NCBI RefSeq assembly: GCF_009914755.1
Contig: NC_060932.1
Reading direction: 5' to 3' (one strand)
Source of the DNA: the human T2T-CHM13v2.0 reference genome, Homo sapiens
DNA length: 64,000 bases
A program made the position numbers and the translations under genes. Of this stretch, positions 53,670 through 64,000 are shown one piece after another (position 1 is the stretch's first letter; the number at the start of each line of letters is the position of its first letter). The notes under the pieces were generated by a model. That model ran no database searches and was not told the DNA's origin. It was given only the letters and a program-made list of their open reading frames with translations.

Positions 53670-54095
53670 TCACACCTAGGCCCTGTTCCCTCCTTGTCCT
53701 GAATGAACACAAGGGCCTCCTGCCCCAGGGCCTTGGCACGTGCTGCCCTGGCTTCCTGGAGCCCTTCTCCCCAGACCTCTGCACGGCTCACTTCCTGTCA
53801 CTCAGCGCTCAGCCCAGGTGCCCTCCGCAGAAAGCCGTGTCCCGCTCGCTACCCATCTGAGGAGGGCCCCGCCCCGCTGGCGCTTTCCACCTGTGGCCTT
53901 GCCCGACTGTCCTCAGCACTCCATCCACCCAGCCGCTCCTCCGGAACCTAAGCTCCGAAGCCAGGCCGTGCTCTCTTCCCAGCGCCGCTTCCGCATCTCC
54001 CACTTGAAGAGCAGGGAAGCACTCGTCGCATCTCGCCAGGGCCACGACGATTTGCTCACCGTGAAAGGACTGATTGACTGTGTGAATAACTGAAC
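53670..54095 (+). mobile_element. L2 3' fragment
   Basis: cctgccccagggccttggcacgtgctg...ttctccccagacctctgcacggctcacttcct, ending in a tgaataactgaa tail. Confidence 0.7.
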
Positions 54096-54571
54096 ACGTG
54101 AGTGGATACATCACCAGGACTCGCTTCCTGAATGCACTTTGCTCACTCTCCCACCAGTCAGTGTCCTTCCAAAATTCAGAAGGGCTCAACCCAAGGACCC
54201 CATCCTCTGTGGGTGCCTTCACCCCGAGGCTTTGTTCCACCAGTCCGGGGACAGCCCCTCACCTATCCCCAACCTCCAAGGCGAAGCTCGCCACGGGCTG
54301 TGTTGCTGTCTGTATCCCCCAAAGCCCCGGATGGCCCCAGTCCCCAAGGTTTCAGTCTTCATGAAGTGGCCGGGTAACACACAGAGCCCCCAGAGGGAAC
54401 TTCAGGGCCCACTTATGACTCCAGGACCCAGGACTCAGAGGGCTGGGGAGACTGCTCCGGGCTCCAGCAGCAGAGGGGGACACAGCACCAGGGCCAGGAC
54501 CTCCCTGGAGAACATAAGGCGGGTGGGCAGGAGGCCCTCATCACGAAGGACCCCTGCCTGGGACCCAAACG

Positions 54572-55314
54572 GCTGACCCAGACTGTCCCACTGTGTGGAG
54601 GCTGGAAGTCAAGATCAAGGTGTCTGCAGGGCTGGCACCTCCCAGAGACTGTGGGAGAAAATCTGCTCCCGGCCTCCTTCCTGTGCTTCCGGCCATGCTT
54701 GAAGGATGCCCTGGCTGCCGCTGAGCCAGCCCAACCCCAGCCTCTGCCTTCACACGGCCGCCTTTGCTCTGAGTCTCCTTTTCTGTCTCACAGAACCCCC
54801 ATCGCTGGGTCACCAGGAAGATCTCATGTTGAGATCCTCACCTTATAACATCTGCAAAAGCCCTTATTCCAAATAACTTCACGTTCTGAGGTTCGGGTAG
54901 ACATGCTGTATGAGTCCATTCTCACGCTGCTAATAAAGACATACCCGAGACTGGGTAATTTACAAAGGAAAGAGGTTTAATTGTCTCACAGTTCTGCATG
55001 GCTGGGGAGGCCTCAGGAAACTTACAATCATGGTGGAAGGGGAAGCAAACACGTCCTCCTTCACGGGGCGGCAGGAAGCAGAAGTGCCCAACGAAGGGGG
55101 AAAGCCCCTTAGAAAACCATCAGATCTCGTGAGAACTCACTCTCCATCAGGAGAACAGCAGCATGGAGGTAACTGCCCCCATGATTCAATTACCTCCCAC
55201 CCAGTCCCTCCCACGACACATGGGAATTATGGGAACTATAAGATGAGATTTGGGTGAGGACACAGGCATATCATATCACATGCCTTTTAGGGGGACACCC
55301 TTCAACCCACTGCA
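54572..55314 (-). mobile_element. MLT1B-like LTR split by THE1
   Basis: ggaggctggaagtcaagatcaaggtgtctgcagggctg...acatctgcaaaagcccttattccaaataa...; resumes ttttagggggacacccttcaacccact. Confidence 0.82.
54907..55278 (-). mobile_element. THE1 (THE1C-like) solo LTR
   Basis: tgta..agtccattctcacgctgctaataaagacatacccgagactgggtaattt...atatca; perfect 5-bp TSD CATGC at 54902-54906 and 55279-55283. Confidence 0.93.
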
Positions 55315-55940
55315 GGTCCCACAGGGGTGGCAGCTGGGAGGGATGCAGTGCTGGGCTTCAGAGGCAGGCTGGCTGCGTGTCCCCCAACACCTGCATAGCA
55401 CCCGGTCCTGTCCCCTCCCTGCCCTTGACCTTCCCAGCCCTCGCTGGCAGCCCAGGCTGACAGTCCTCAGCTACCCTCTCTGTCTGACCCTGGGAGCCCA
55501 GTGCAGCAAAGGGGTGGCGGATAAATGGTCCAAGGTGGAGTCTGCATGGCTGCTACTGCCAGACCACAGGGGCACAGGAGGACGCCTGGGGTGGAGAGGG
55601 CATGGCTGGCAGGGCTCCCTACTGCTGCTGCTGCTTACGTCTGACCCTGGATGCTTTCGGAAATGAACATTCTGATCCGGAACTGGAGGGCTGAGTTTGG
55701 TGCCCAGCTACAGGAGGTGGCACTCGGGGCGAGATCAGATGCTCTGGACCCCGAGGCTCTGCTTGCCTCTGACTGAGGTCACTTGGCTTCAGGGCTGTGA
55801 AGCTGCAGGTCCCCATACCAACTGAGCTTTGGTTCCTAAGCTCACTTGTGTGAGGGCTTCCCACCCCTGCCCCGGAGAACCACCTGGGAGCTTTTAGAAG
55901 GAACGCAGACTAGCCTTCCCCTAGAAATTGCGACTGGATT

Positions 55941-56497
55941 TGAGGTAGGAGGCAGAAGTGGACTGCAGAGGCAGGGCTGGGATGCTGGACCAAACCAAGG
56001 AATGGTTAAAACAGCTTCGGAGCAGAGGCACCTCCCCGTAAGACATGCCCACCAGTGTGCCATGTCAGTTTACCGCTGCCATGGCAACACCCAGAGGCTA
56101 CCACCCCTCTCCGTGGCGATGACCCAACAACCTAGAAGTTACCATCCTCATTCTAGAAATTTCTGCATACCGCCCCTTAATTTGCATTAATTTGGGCATA
56201 GGTATAACCATGACTGCAGAAGCGCCTCTGAGCTGCTTCTCTGGGCCCAGGGCCTATGTGGTAGCCCTGCTCTGCAAGGAGCAGTCCCTCTGCTGCGGCG
56301 GCACATGACACTTCAATCAAAGGTGCTGCCCAACACCACCAGCTTGCTCTTGGATTCATTGCTGCCCAACACCACCAGCTTGCCCTTGGATTCTTTGCTG
56401 TCTAACACCACCAGCTTGCTCTTAGATTCTTTCCTGGGTGAGACCAAGAACCCTCCCGGGCTCAGCCTCAATTCGGGGGCTTGCCTGCCCTGCATGG
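55941..56497 (+). mobile_element. ERV1 solo LTR, MER66(B)-like
   Basis: tgaggtaggaggc...cccaccagtgtgccatgtcagtttacc...tagaaatttctgcata...ccaagaaccctcccgggct...gcctgccctgcat. Confidence 0.8.
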
Positions 56498-57389
56498 GTT
56501 GGGTCTGGGGCAGAACCTGGAAAGGGGGATGGAAGGGCCCCCTAGGACACAGGAGGAGGGATCTGAATGAGTGAATAGTCAGGAAGGGGCACGTGCCCGT
56601 CCACACAGAGGGAGACGGGTGTGTGTGCGGGTGCACGTGTCTGGTATCTGACACAAAACGGGCCATGGCCACCCAGCCAATCTGCATGCTGGACACACCC
56701 TGAAAAATTTTAACACCCTGCTGAGAACTCCCAGCTGGGATCTTTTTGCCCTTCATGCAGGAAATCAAATTCACAGGGAGACAGCAAAGATACCAGGAGG
56801 AGGGGTGGAACCGGGAACTGCCTGATGGGAGGACACCTGGGCCCCTCAGCACCTCCCTCGGGGGCTGGAAACCAGGCCAGGGATGGCCCCTGAAGACTAG
56901 TCCATGCACACAGGGCCATGTTCAGGGTCGTACAGGAGAAGAGACAGCTGCCGGACGTGACAGTGATTTCAAATTCTCTGGAGCAGTGTTCAGTGGCAGC
57001 ATAGTCCCAATCATGTTTATTCTTTGCTTCTCTAGGACACGCTCATGCATAGCCAAGGAGAAAATTTAAAATGTTTATGCATTATGCGGGACAGAGTGAA
57101 ACAAGCCGAGGCGCTGTGGTTGCTGGGTGCAGGGACTCATATTAAGTGGGCTCCTTAAGGAATCTTCAAGAGGGAAAACCTCGCCTCCGGGACGTGGAGT
57201 GGGAAATGCAGAGGCAGCCTGGGCCCCGCTCACCAAGGCAGACAGGAAGATCTGAGCCCCGTCACCTGGAAAAGGAGGCAATTTGGATCTTTGGGGACAC
57301 AGAGGACAGGTTAGGAGAGAGAGACAGGGACACGGCGGAGGCAGTGAGGTCCCCATCACTGTAAGGGTCCAAGGAAGTTTCAGAGCAGA

Positions 57390-57460
57390 ACCCAGCTCTG
57401 TTGCTTACAGGGTGAGCATCTCCTTGCCTCAGTTTCCTCAGTGTAAAATGGGCACAAACC
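57390..57460 (+). mobile_element. MIR fragment
   Basis: tgcctcagtttcctcagtgtaaaatggg core. Confidence 0.7.
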
Positions 57461-57869
57461 AAGAAATAGCTTCGCAGTCTCAAGGTAATAATCAGCTAAT
57501 GAGCTGATGGTCACAGCAAGCCGCCCTCCTCAGTCTCCACTCCCCACCCCACCCTACCTGCCTCAGAGATGGAGACGAAGGAACCCCCGCCACCCAGATC
57601 AACAGAGATGATACAAGACGAAACATTCTTAAACGTGATTCCTAACCAACAGGGAGATGATGTGGTTCCTGGCCTTGTGAACGTTGTTTTATCCTGTGCA
57701 GGAGATAGAGACCATAACTGCTAGGGAGCACTGGTGGGAGCGTGACCTACCACCCTTCATTCCTGGAGGCTCTCTTCTTAGACAGATGCATGGACAGAGA
57801 TGGTTATTCGGGAGGGCAGGGGACACAGGCTGGCGCTTGTCCCAGGGTTCAGATCCCAGCCCTGCAGCC

Positions 57870-58360
57870 CTAGAGCTAGAGAATTTCCCAGTGGGGAATG
57901 GTCTCCAGATAGAAAGGACTTGCAGAAAAAAAGATCAAACCACAGCCCAGAGTGGACCCACAGGTAAAGAAATCCCAGAAACTTCAAGAGATAGAAAAAC
58001 ACATCACAAGAAAAAGGATTCCTGGACTAGGAATGGAAACTCTGGATGCTAGAAAATGATGTCTTACAAATTCAGAGGGAAAGGAGCTTTCACTTGGATA
58101 CAGGACCAACCAAGCTGTCAAACACACGTGAGCTGAATGGAGACACTTGGGTCATGCTGGCTCTCAGACACTGCATTCCATGCAGGCTTTCTCAGGAAGC
58201 TCCTACAGGATGTGCTTCAGCAAAACAAGGGAGTAAACAACAGCAGAGGAACACATGTACTCCAGAAAACAGGGGATTCATCTCTGAAGAAGGGAGGAGA
58301 AGGGAAGCTCTGAGCAAAAGACAGGCAGCTCCTCCAGGGAGCAACTTCCAGAAAAAGGAG
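57870..58360 (+). mobile_element. HAL1-like remnant
   Basis: tttctcaggaagctcctacaggatgtgcttcagcaaaacaagggagtaaac...ccagaaaacaggggatt resembles the recalled HAL1 consensus. Confidence 0.65.
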
Positions 58361-58368
58361 GAGGTATG

Positions 58369-58620
58369 TCTTTAGTTCTGGGTTCACTCTGGGCTGTGGC
58401 TTGGTCTTTCCCCACTCTTTTGGGGGCACCCTGAAGGCCTTTTCTCTCTGTGTCCTATTCTGGGAAGTTCTCATGTGATTTCTTTCATAATTTCCTTCTC
58501 CCTATTTCCTACCTTCTTTCAGGAACTTGAAAGTTGAGCTTCCTTAACTGATTCTCTTATTTCTTGGGGTTTGCTCCCATGCTGTTTATTTTTTCCTAAA
58601 CTTTAGCCTCCGTCCCTTGC
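58369..58620 (-). mobile_element. HAL1-like remnant in inverted orientation
   Basis: ttctgggaagttctc...atttctttcataatttcc; homologous in reverse complement to 57880-57970. Confidence 0.55.
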
Positions 58621-59013
58621 TTTGACTGGCTTGTCTTGGCTGTCATGTTGCTTCCTAACGGCTCCTCCTTGGTGTACCCAGGGCTCGCCTTGGAGACACA
58701 GGTCCTTCTTCAGTACTCAGAAGATGCTGATGACAGTGGGGTGGGGGGAAGTCTTCTGCTCCCTGAAGCGACCTTCTCCCTCCTGCTTCCTCTTCCTCCT
58801 TGCTCTGGCCTCCTCCTCGATGTGGACTTTCTTCCCTCTGGCCCAGGTGAGGAGACAAGACCTTGTCCATGAATCTGGAGAGTGCAGCAGAACGTGGGCC
58901 AGAGCCTCCTGATCAGACTTTAACGAAGCGGGTAACAGGTGACAAACCCAGAGACACCCCAGACTCCCACGCTGGAGCCTTGCAGCCTGCTCCCTGGCCC
59001 CCATGGATGGGAC

Positions 59014-59571
59014 CCCAGCGAGAAGATGCCACCTTGCTCACCCTCTTACCCAGTGAGAAGATGCCACCCTGTTCATCCTCTTACCCAGAGAAGACGCCAC
59101 CTTGCTCACCCTCTTGCCCAGAGAGAAGACGCCACCTTGCTCACCCTCTTACCCAGTGAGAAGACGCCATCTTGCTCACCCTCTTACCCAGCAAGAAGAC
59201 GCCACCTTGCTCACCCTCTTACCCAGAGAGAAGACGCCACTTTGCTCACCCTCTTACCCAGCGAGAAGACGCCACCTTGCTCATCCTCTTACCCAGAGAG
59301 AAGACGCCACCTTGCTCACCCTCTTACCCAGTGAGAAGATGCCACCTTGCTCACCCTCTTACCCAGTGAGAAGATGCCACGTTGCTCACCCTCTTACCCA
59401 GCGAGAAGACGACACCTTGCTCACCCTCTTACCCAGCAAGAAGATGCCACCTTGCTCACCCTCTTACCCAGTGAGAAGATGCCACCTTGCTCACCCTCTT
59501 ACCCCGAGAGAAGATGCCACCTTGCTCACCCTCTTACCCAGCGAGAAGATGCCACCTTGCTCACCCTCCTA
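59014..59571. repeat. 35-bp VNTR, ~16 highly homogeneous copies
   Basis: Unit cccag(c/t/a)gagaaga(t/c)gccaccttgctcaccctctta; 35-bp spacing checked (59101, 59136). Confidence 0.97.
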
Positions 59572-60484
59572 TAGCTCATGGGCAGCTTTCTTTGGTAAAT
59601 CACAAGTTGAGCATCCACCTTCCAAGACTCTCTGCCCGAGCAGCAGGACCCCTATAAAGCCATGGGAGAGAAAGCAGGCCCTTTCTGGCATCCATCCTGC
59701 CAGTTCTCGCTTCTTCCTTAAGCAATGACTGCCCCAGTCAGGAAAAAGCAGACTTGCAGACAGCAAGAGGCCATGTCTCGCCCTGCCATTGGCTGCTGGG
59801 GCACAGCTGGATCCAGAGTGCAGTGGTCACCGTGCCTTGTCTCTCATGTGTTATGTTACACACGTGTCCTCCTGCGGAGTGTGGAGTGGCTGCCGGCCAC
59901 TCACCTCCTTCAACTGGGAGCCCCGGTGGGAGAGACAGCCTCCCCTCAAGTCTCCAGCAGAAAGTCCCACAGGAGACTCTGATGGGCTTGCTTGGGTGAC
60001 AGGGACACCTGGTGAAGGGAATGTCTCACTGGTGACATCAGGTGCCCCATCCAGGTTCTCGGGGTCATCGCAGAGAGTTTCCATGGGAGACTATTTACAG
60101 CGGTAGGGCTGGGTAGGGAGGCTCAGTAAGAGATGCTGAAGTGTCCTGAGGCTAGCAGCAGCTGGGAGACACCTGCTGAGGGGCTGGGGCTGGGAGAGCC
60201 TACCGAAGCCTAGAGATGGTGGCCGCATAGAGAGGGCTTTCTGATGGGAGCTGTGGCCTCCACAGAGGGACACAGCTGAGCGTGTCAGAGAGGGAACTGG
60301 GGGCAAATACCCACCCCCACTTTCCTTTCACCCTCATCTCCTGTAGGTGCCTCCTATGGGCAGAATCCACCAAGGAATTAGCTCACTGACACATGCCGGG
60401 AAGGCCACCTTCCAAGACCCAGGGTTGGGGAGAGTAGGTCTTGAGCACCAGTTGGACATGACCCCACCCAGGGGTGGGGATGGC

Positions 60485-60960
60485 TACTGTAACTGTGGTG
60501 GTGGGAACCAAGGGGGGGTGTGGTGAGAGCAGCAGTGGGTGGTGGTAACCATGGTGATGGCGGTGACAGCAGTAGTGGAGTGATGGTAACAATGGTGATG
60601 AAGAGGTAACCAAAGTGATGGTAACCATGGTGATGGTGGTGCTGGTAGCCATGGTGAAGAGCTGACCATGGTGAAGGGGTAGTGGTAACCATGGTGATGG
60701 TGGTGTTGGTAGCCGTGGTGAAGGGGTAGTGGTAACCACAGTGATGGTGGTGACAGCAGTGGTGGGGTGATGGTAACCATGGTGATAAGATGGTAACCAT
60801 GATGATGGGGTGATGGTAACCAGAGTGATGAGGTGATGGTAACCATGGCGATGGTGGTGACAGCAGTTGTGGGATGGTGGTAACTATGGTGATGACGTGG
60901 TAACCATGGCGACAGTGGGGGTGCTAACCATCGCAGCGGTGGTGACAGCAATGACAGTGA
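60485..60960. repeat. (TGG/TGA)n-derived low-complexity repeat with recurrent GGTAACCATGG
   Basis: ggtgatggtaaccatggtgatgg recurs; source of the His/Thr/Pro-rich minus-strand ORFs. Confidence 0.92.
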
Positions 60961-63900
60961 CGCTCCCAGAGTTGATTGTAGGCATGAAGGCAGTCAAGGT
61001 GACATTGATGATCTTTATTGTGCTAGTGACACTGTTTCCTTCCATCCTCAAAACACAGCCCAAAGCAGTGAGCCCCCTCCTGTCCTCCCTTAGGGTCTCA
61101 GCCTGCCTGCTGAAGGTCCACTCCACGCCAAGCTGCACAATGTACCCAGAGGAGTCTTTGGTTTGGGCGAATGCTTCCTGGGTGTGCAGCACCCACACAG
61201 ACCCACACCCTCACCCTCCTGCCACAGGCATCCACCAACTTCCTCAGCCCCACCGTCTCAGGCAGGGGGGCGAGGAGGAGGTGCTGGCGTGGAAGCCAGC
61301 AGGGAGGCCAGCAGAGAGAGCTGCCTAGCTGCCGCACTAATCAGGCCCTGCCCCCTCCCCCGGGAGAACCCCCTTCCCACTGGCTCCTCTGAGCTGTAAT
61401 CTGGTGGCTGGCTAATTAGAGCCAATTTGCTCTGAATCCAAACAGTGTTTACTGTCACGCAGCAGGCAGCCAGGGGACAGTGGGAATCCCACCACAAACT
61501 CCCAAGGATGAGCCAGGAGGGGCGTGCCTCGGCACAGAGACACCTCAGGCTTGAGTGCTCATCTCCCTGACCCGTCTGGCTGCTCAGTCCCGTGTGTGAG
61601 TCGGATCCGCGCTGTGGGGCAGCGGGGAAGGCACGAGCTCAAGGGTTGGGTATGCAGGATGGAGTCCCTGGGCCCCAGGGACCAGGGCTGCCCCTAGGAA
61701 AGCTGCTTCACCTCCAGAGCTCCGGTGTCCCCTGGGCACCAGGGCTGCCCCTCCCAGGGCTGTGGACATCGACAAGATGATATTGTCCCTGAGGGGCCCT
61801 GTGGAGGCTGTGGCCAGGGAAGGGGGTGGGAGGTCACCTCATCTGCCCTTTCTTTGCCTGAACCAGCAGCATTCACATGCCCGGCAAGGGTCACCATGCA
61901 CCCATTCTCCACTCGCCCTGGGCACATTCACCAGCACTGACCCTGGGCCTACCCCAGGCCATGGCTGAGGATACCAAAAGATTTCGGCCAGGCCCCGGGC
62001 TCGAGGCCCTGTGTGACGAGCTCTGGGCCAGTTTCTGACCATCAGGTGGGAGCAGGAGATTTTCTGAGCGCTCATGTGAGCCCTGTCATCGCCTGCACCT
62101 GGAAGTAAGTGGCACATTATGAAAGCTGCTCCCTGGGACTTGCGCCCGCGTGGGGAGATGAGCTCTGTCGTGTGCTAAAGGATGAAGCCAGACACAAGCA
62201 TCTACTCAGGGGCTGTGGAGCTCAGAAAGTCATGGCGTCATCAGAAGAGGCTGCCTGGGAGAGGTGGTGACGCAGGCTGGTCCCAAACAGAGATCTGATC
62301 TAGAGAGGTGGGAAAGGTGTGGCCGATGGGGGAGTGCATGGCTCTGACAGAGATCGGAGTTTACAGCCAGGCTCTAATGCTGCAGGATTTGGGGAGAGTC
62401 CCCAGGGTCCCCCCAGCCTCAGTGGACTTGTCTGTGAAGTGGAAATATCCGTATTTAAGCCTAGGACCCTGAGTCCTTCATAGCACGGGAACTCCCGAAG
62501 GAGACCCGAGCTCCCCATCACACTGGGGGCCCCGGGGCTGGGGGATTCACTGGGCATCCCAAAAGTCTCCACACCTCGGGTCCCATGGGAGCTTTGCCTC
62601 CACCCCTGCCTGGGCCCCAGCCCATCCCAGGAAGCCCTCCAGCCTCCAGAGAGCCTGAGGTCTGATAGGCAATCTCAGGATCATAAACCAATCAGCACCA
62701 TTTATTGATCTTTTTGTCTCATCCACCAGCCACTGCAGGAATTCCTCCCCTTGGACCCAACGTGGGGCCACCCAACATACTTGCTGGACTCTGACAAGAG
62801 TAGCTCCCTTCCTGGGGCAGCTGTTCTGCCCTGGAGCAGTTTTTGACTGCTGGGAAGCTTTTTCCTGGATTACACTCCAGTTGGCGTCTCTGTGACCCCC
62901 TGATCTTCAGCAAGACTGCCGAAGACAGAGAAAGAATAAGAGTCATTTGGGGAAACCTCTGTCAGAATCTAAGGCTATGAGAAAGGCCCTCTCAGAAGAG
63001 CTTTGGGGGCCTGGAGGAGCCATGAGGACCCCTGCCTGGAGGGACAGAATGGGAGGGCAGCAGCCTCAGGCCATGGGGGCGGGGAGCTGCGGTCCTGCAG
63101 GGTTGGGCCGGCCAATGCACAGGTGGGCAGGCAGCCAGCCTGGAGCCACCCACTCTAAGCACTCACAGGAGCCCCAGCTAGTCAGGGCACCCAGGAGGCT
63201 GGCGAACCCTCCTGGGTACTGAGGAGACAGAGGAATGCTCCCTGTGACCGCTACTGGCCCCTGGGGGACAAGGGCTGGGTGAGGATCCCAGTGATGCTGC
63301 TACGTTGTCATCTCTGTGGGCACTGTGGTGGGGCTTGGGGCTCAGGAGAGCACCCCATACAGAGTTGACAAGACCAGAGAGACCAGTGATGGGGAGCCAC
63401 CAGCAGGAGCAGCAGCCAGCACTGGAAGCCCCCTGCACCAGGCCCCCACGACCCTGCCACGCACTCCCCCACAAGCCTGGCCCAGCGGCCTCCAGAGTTC
63501 CCTCCCCACACAGCCAGCCTGGGACTCCTTTTGGCTCCCTGCTGCCCTGCGGGCCTGGTCCTCTCCTTTCCTTTCTCCGTGTTTGGTGAATGAGCAAATC
63601 CCATTCGTGCATGAGGCCGCTCTCTGCCAGGGCCGCCCAGCTGGGAAGGCTGACAGCACGTGGCTCTGGGGAATCGCAGGGGCTCTGTCTGGAACACCTT
63701 ACATTTGAGATCTGGCTGAGCACCAGGGGAGACGCCCATCTGAGGGTTGGAATCAAGGGCCTAGATTTGCGAGGCGAGGTCAGGCCTGGAGACAGCAGCT
63801 GGGGCCCTCTGCTTGTCCTGGCACCTACAGCGTTGAGACTTTTGCACCCACCCAAGTGTGGACGTGGAGGCTGGGGGCCAAGGTCTCTGGTGACTGGACA

Positions 63901-64000
63901 TCAGGGGGCAGGGGACAGACCTCCCCCTCACTCCAGGGAGTTCCTTTCTCCACTTCTTTGCCCTCGGCACACCTCCCCGGGCAGCCAGGAACCTCCCCCG

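Noticed and set aside
58863-60951. Repetitive ORFs (EKTPPCSPSYP; His/Thr/Pro-rich)
   Set aside because: Products of the 35-bp VNTR and the (TGG)n repeat

Overview
Primate (human-like) GC-rich non-coding genomic DNA. I find no supportable protein-coding gene, RNA gene or CRISPR array. All long ORFs in the track come from tandem repeats, Alu, L1 remnants or GC-rich noise. Positions 1.7-6.5 kb are an AT-rich nest of transposons: an old L1 hosting a second L1 3' end, four Alus, MER58A and Tigger3a, followed by a piggyBac MER85. The rest is GC-rich, with MIR/L2/MaLR/ERV1/HAL1 relics, about 12 minisatellite or complex-repeat arrays, and several short non-repetitive AT-rich islands packed with homeodomain, NKX, FOX and TALE motifs that look like developmental enhancers. 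This fits a distal or subtelomeric gene desert or a large intron, but the locus cannot be named from sequence alone. The most notable items are: a MER85 keeping the CSB-PGBD3 palindrome in locally duplicated flanks, a THE1 LTR with a perfect DUX4 site, two long-range inverted pairs, a perfect 12-bp-stem AT-rich hairpin, and motif-multiplying VNTRs. I do not see convincing evidence of a wholly new biological system. Repeat family names are from recalled consensus sequences and need RepeatMasker/Dfam confirmation; boundaries of old elements are approximate.
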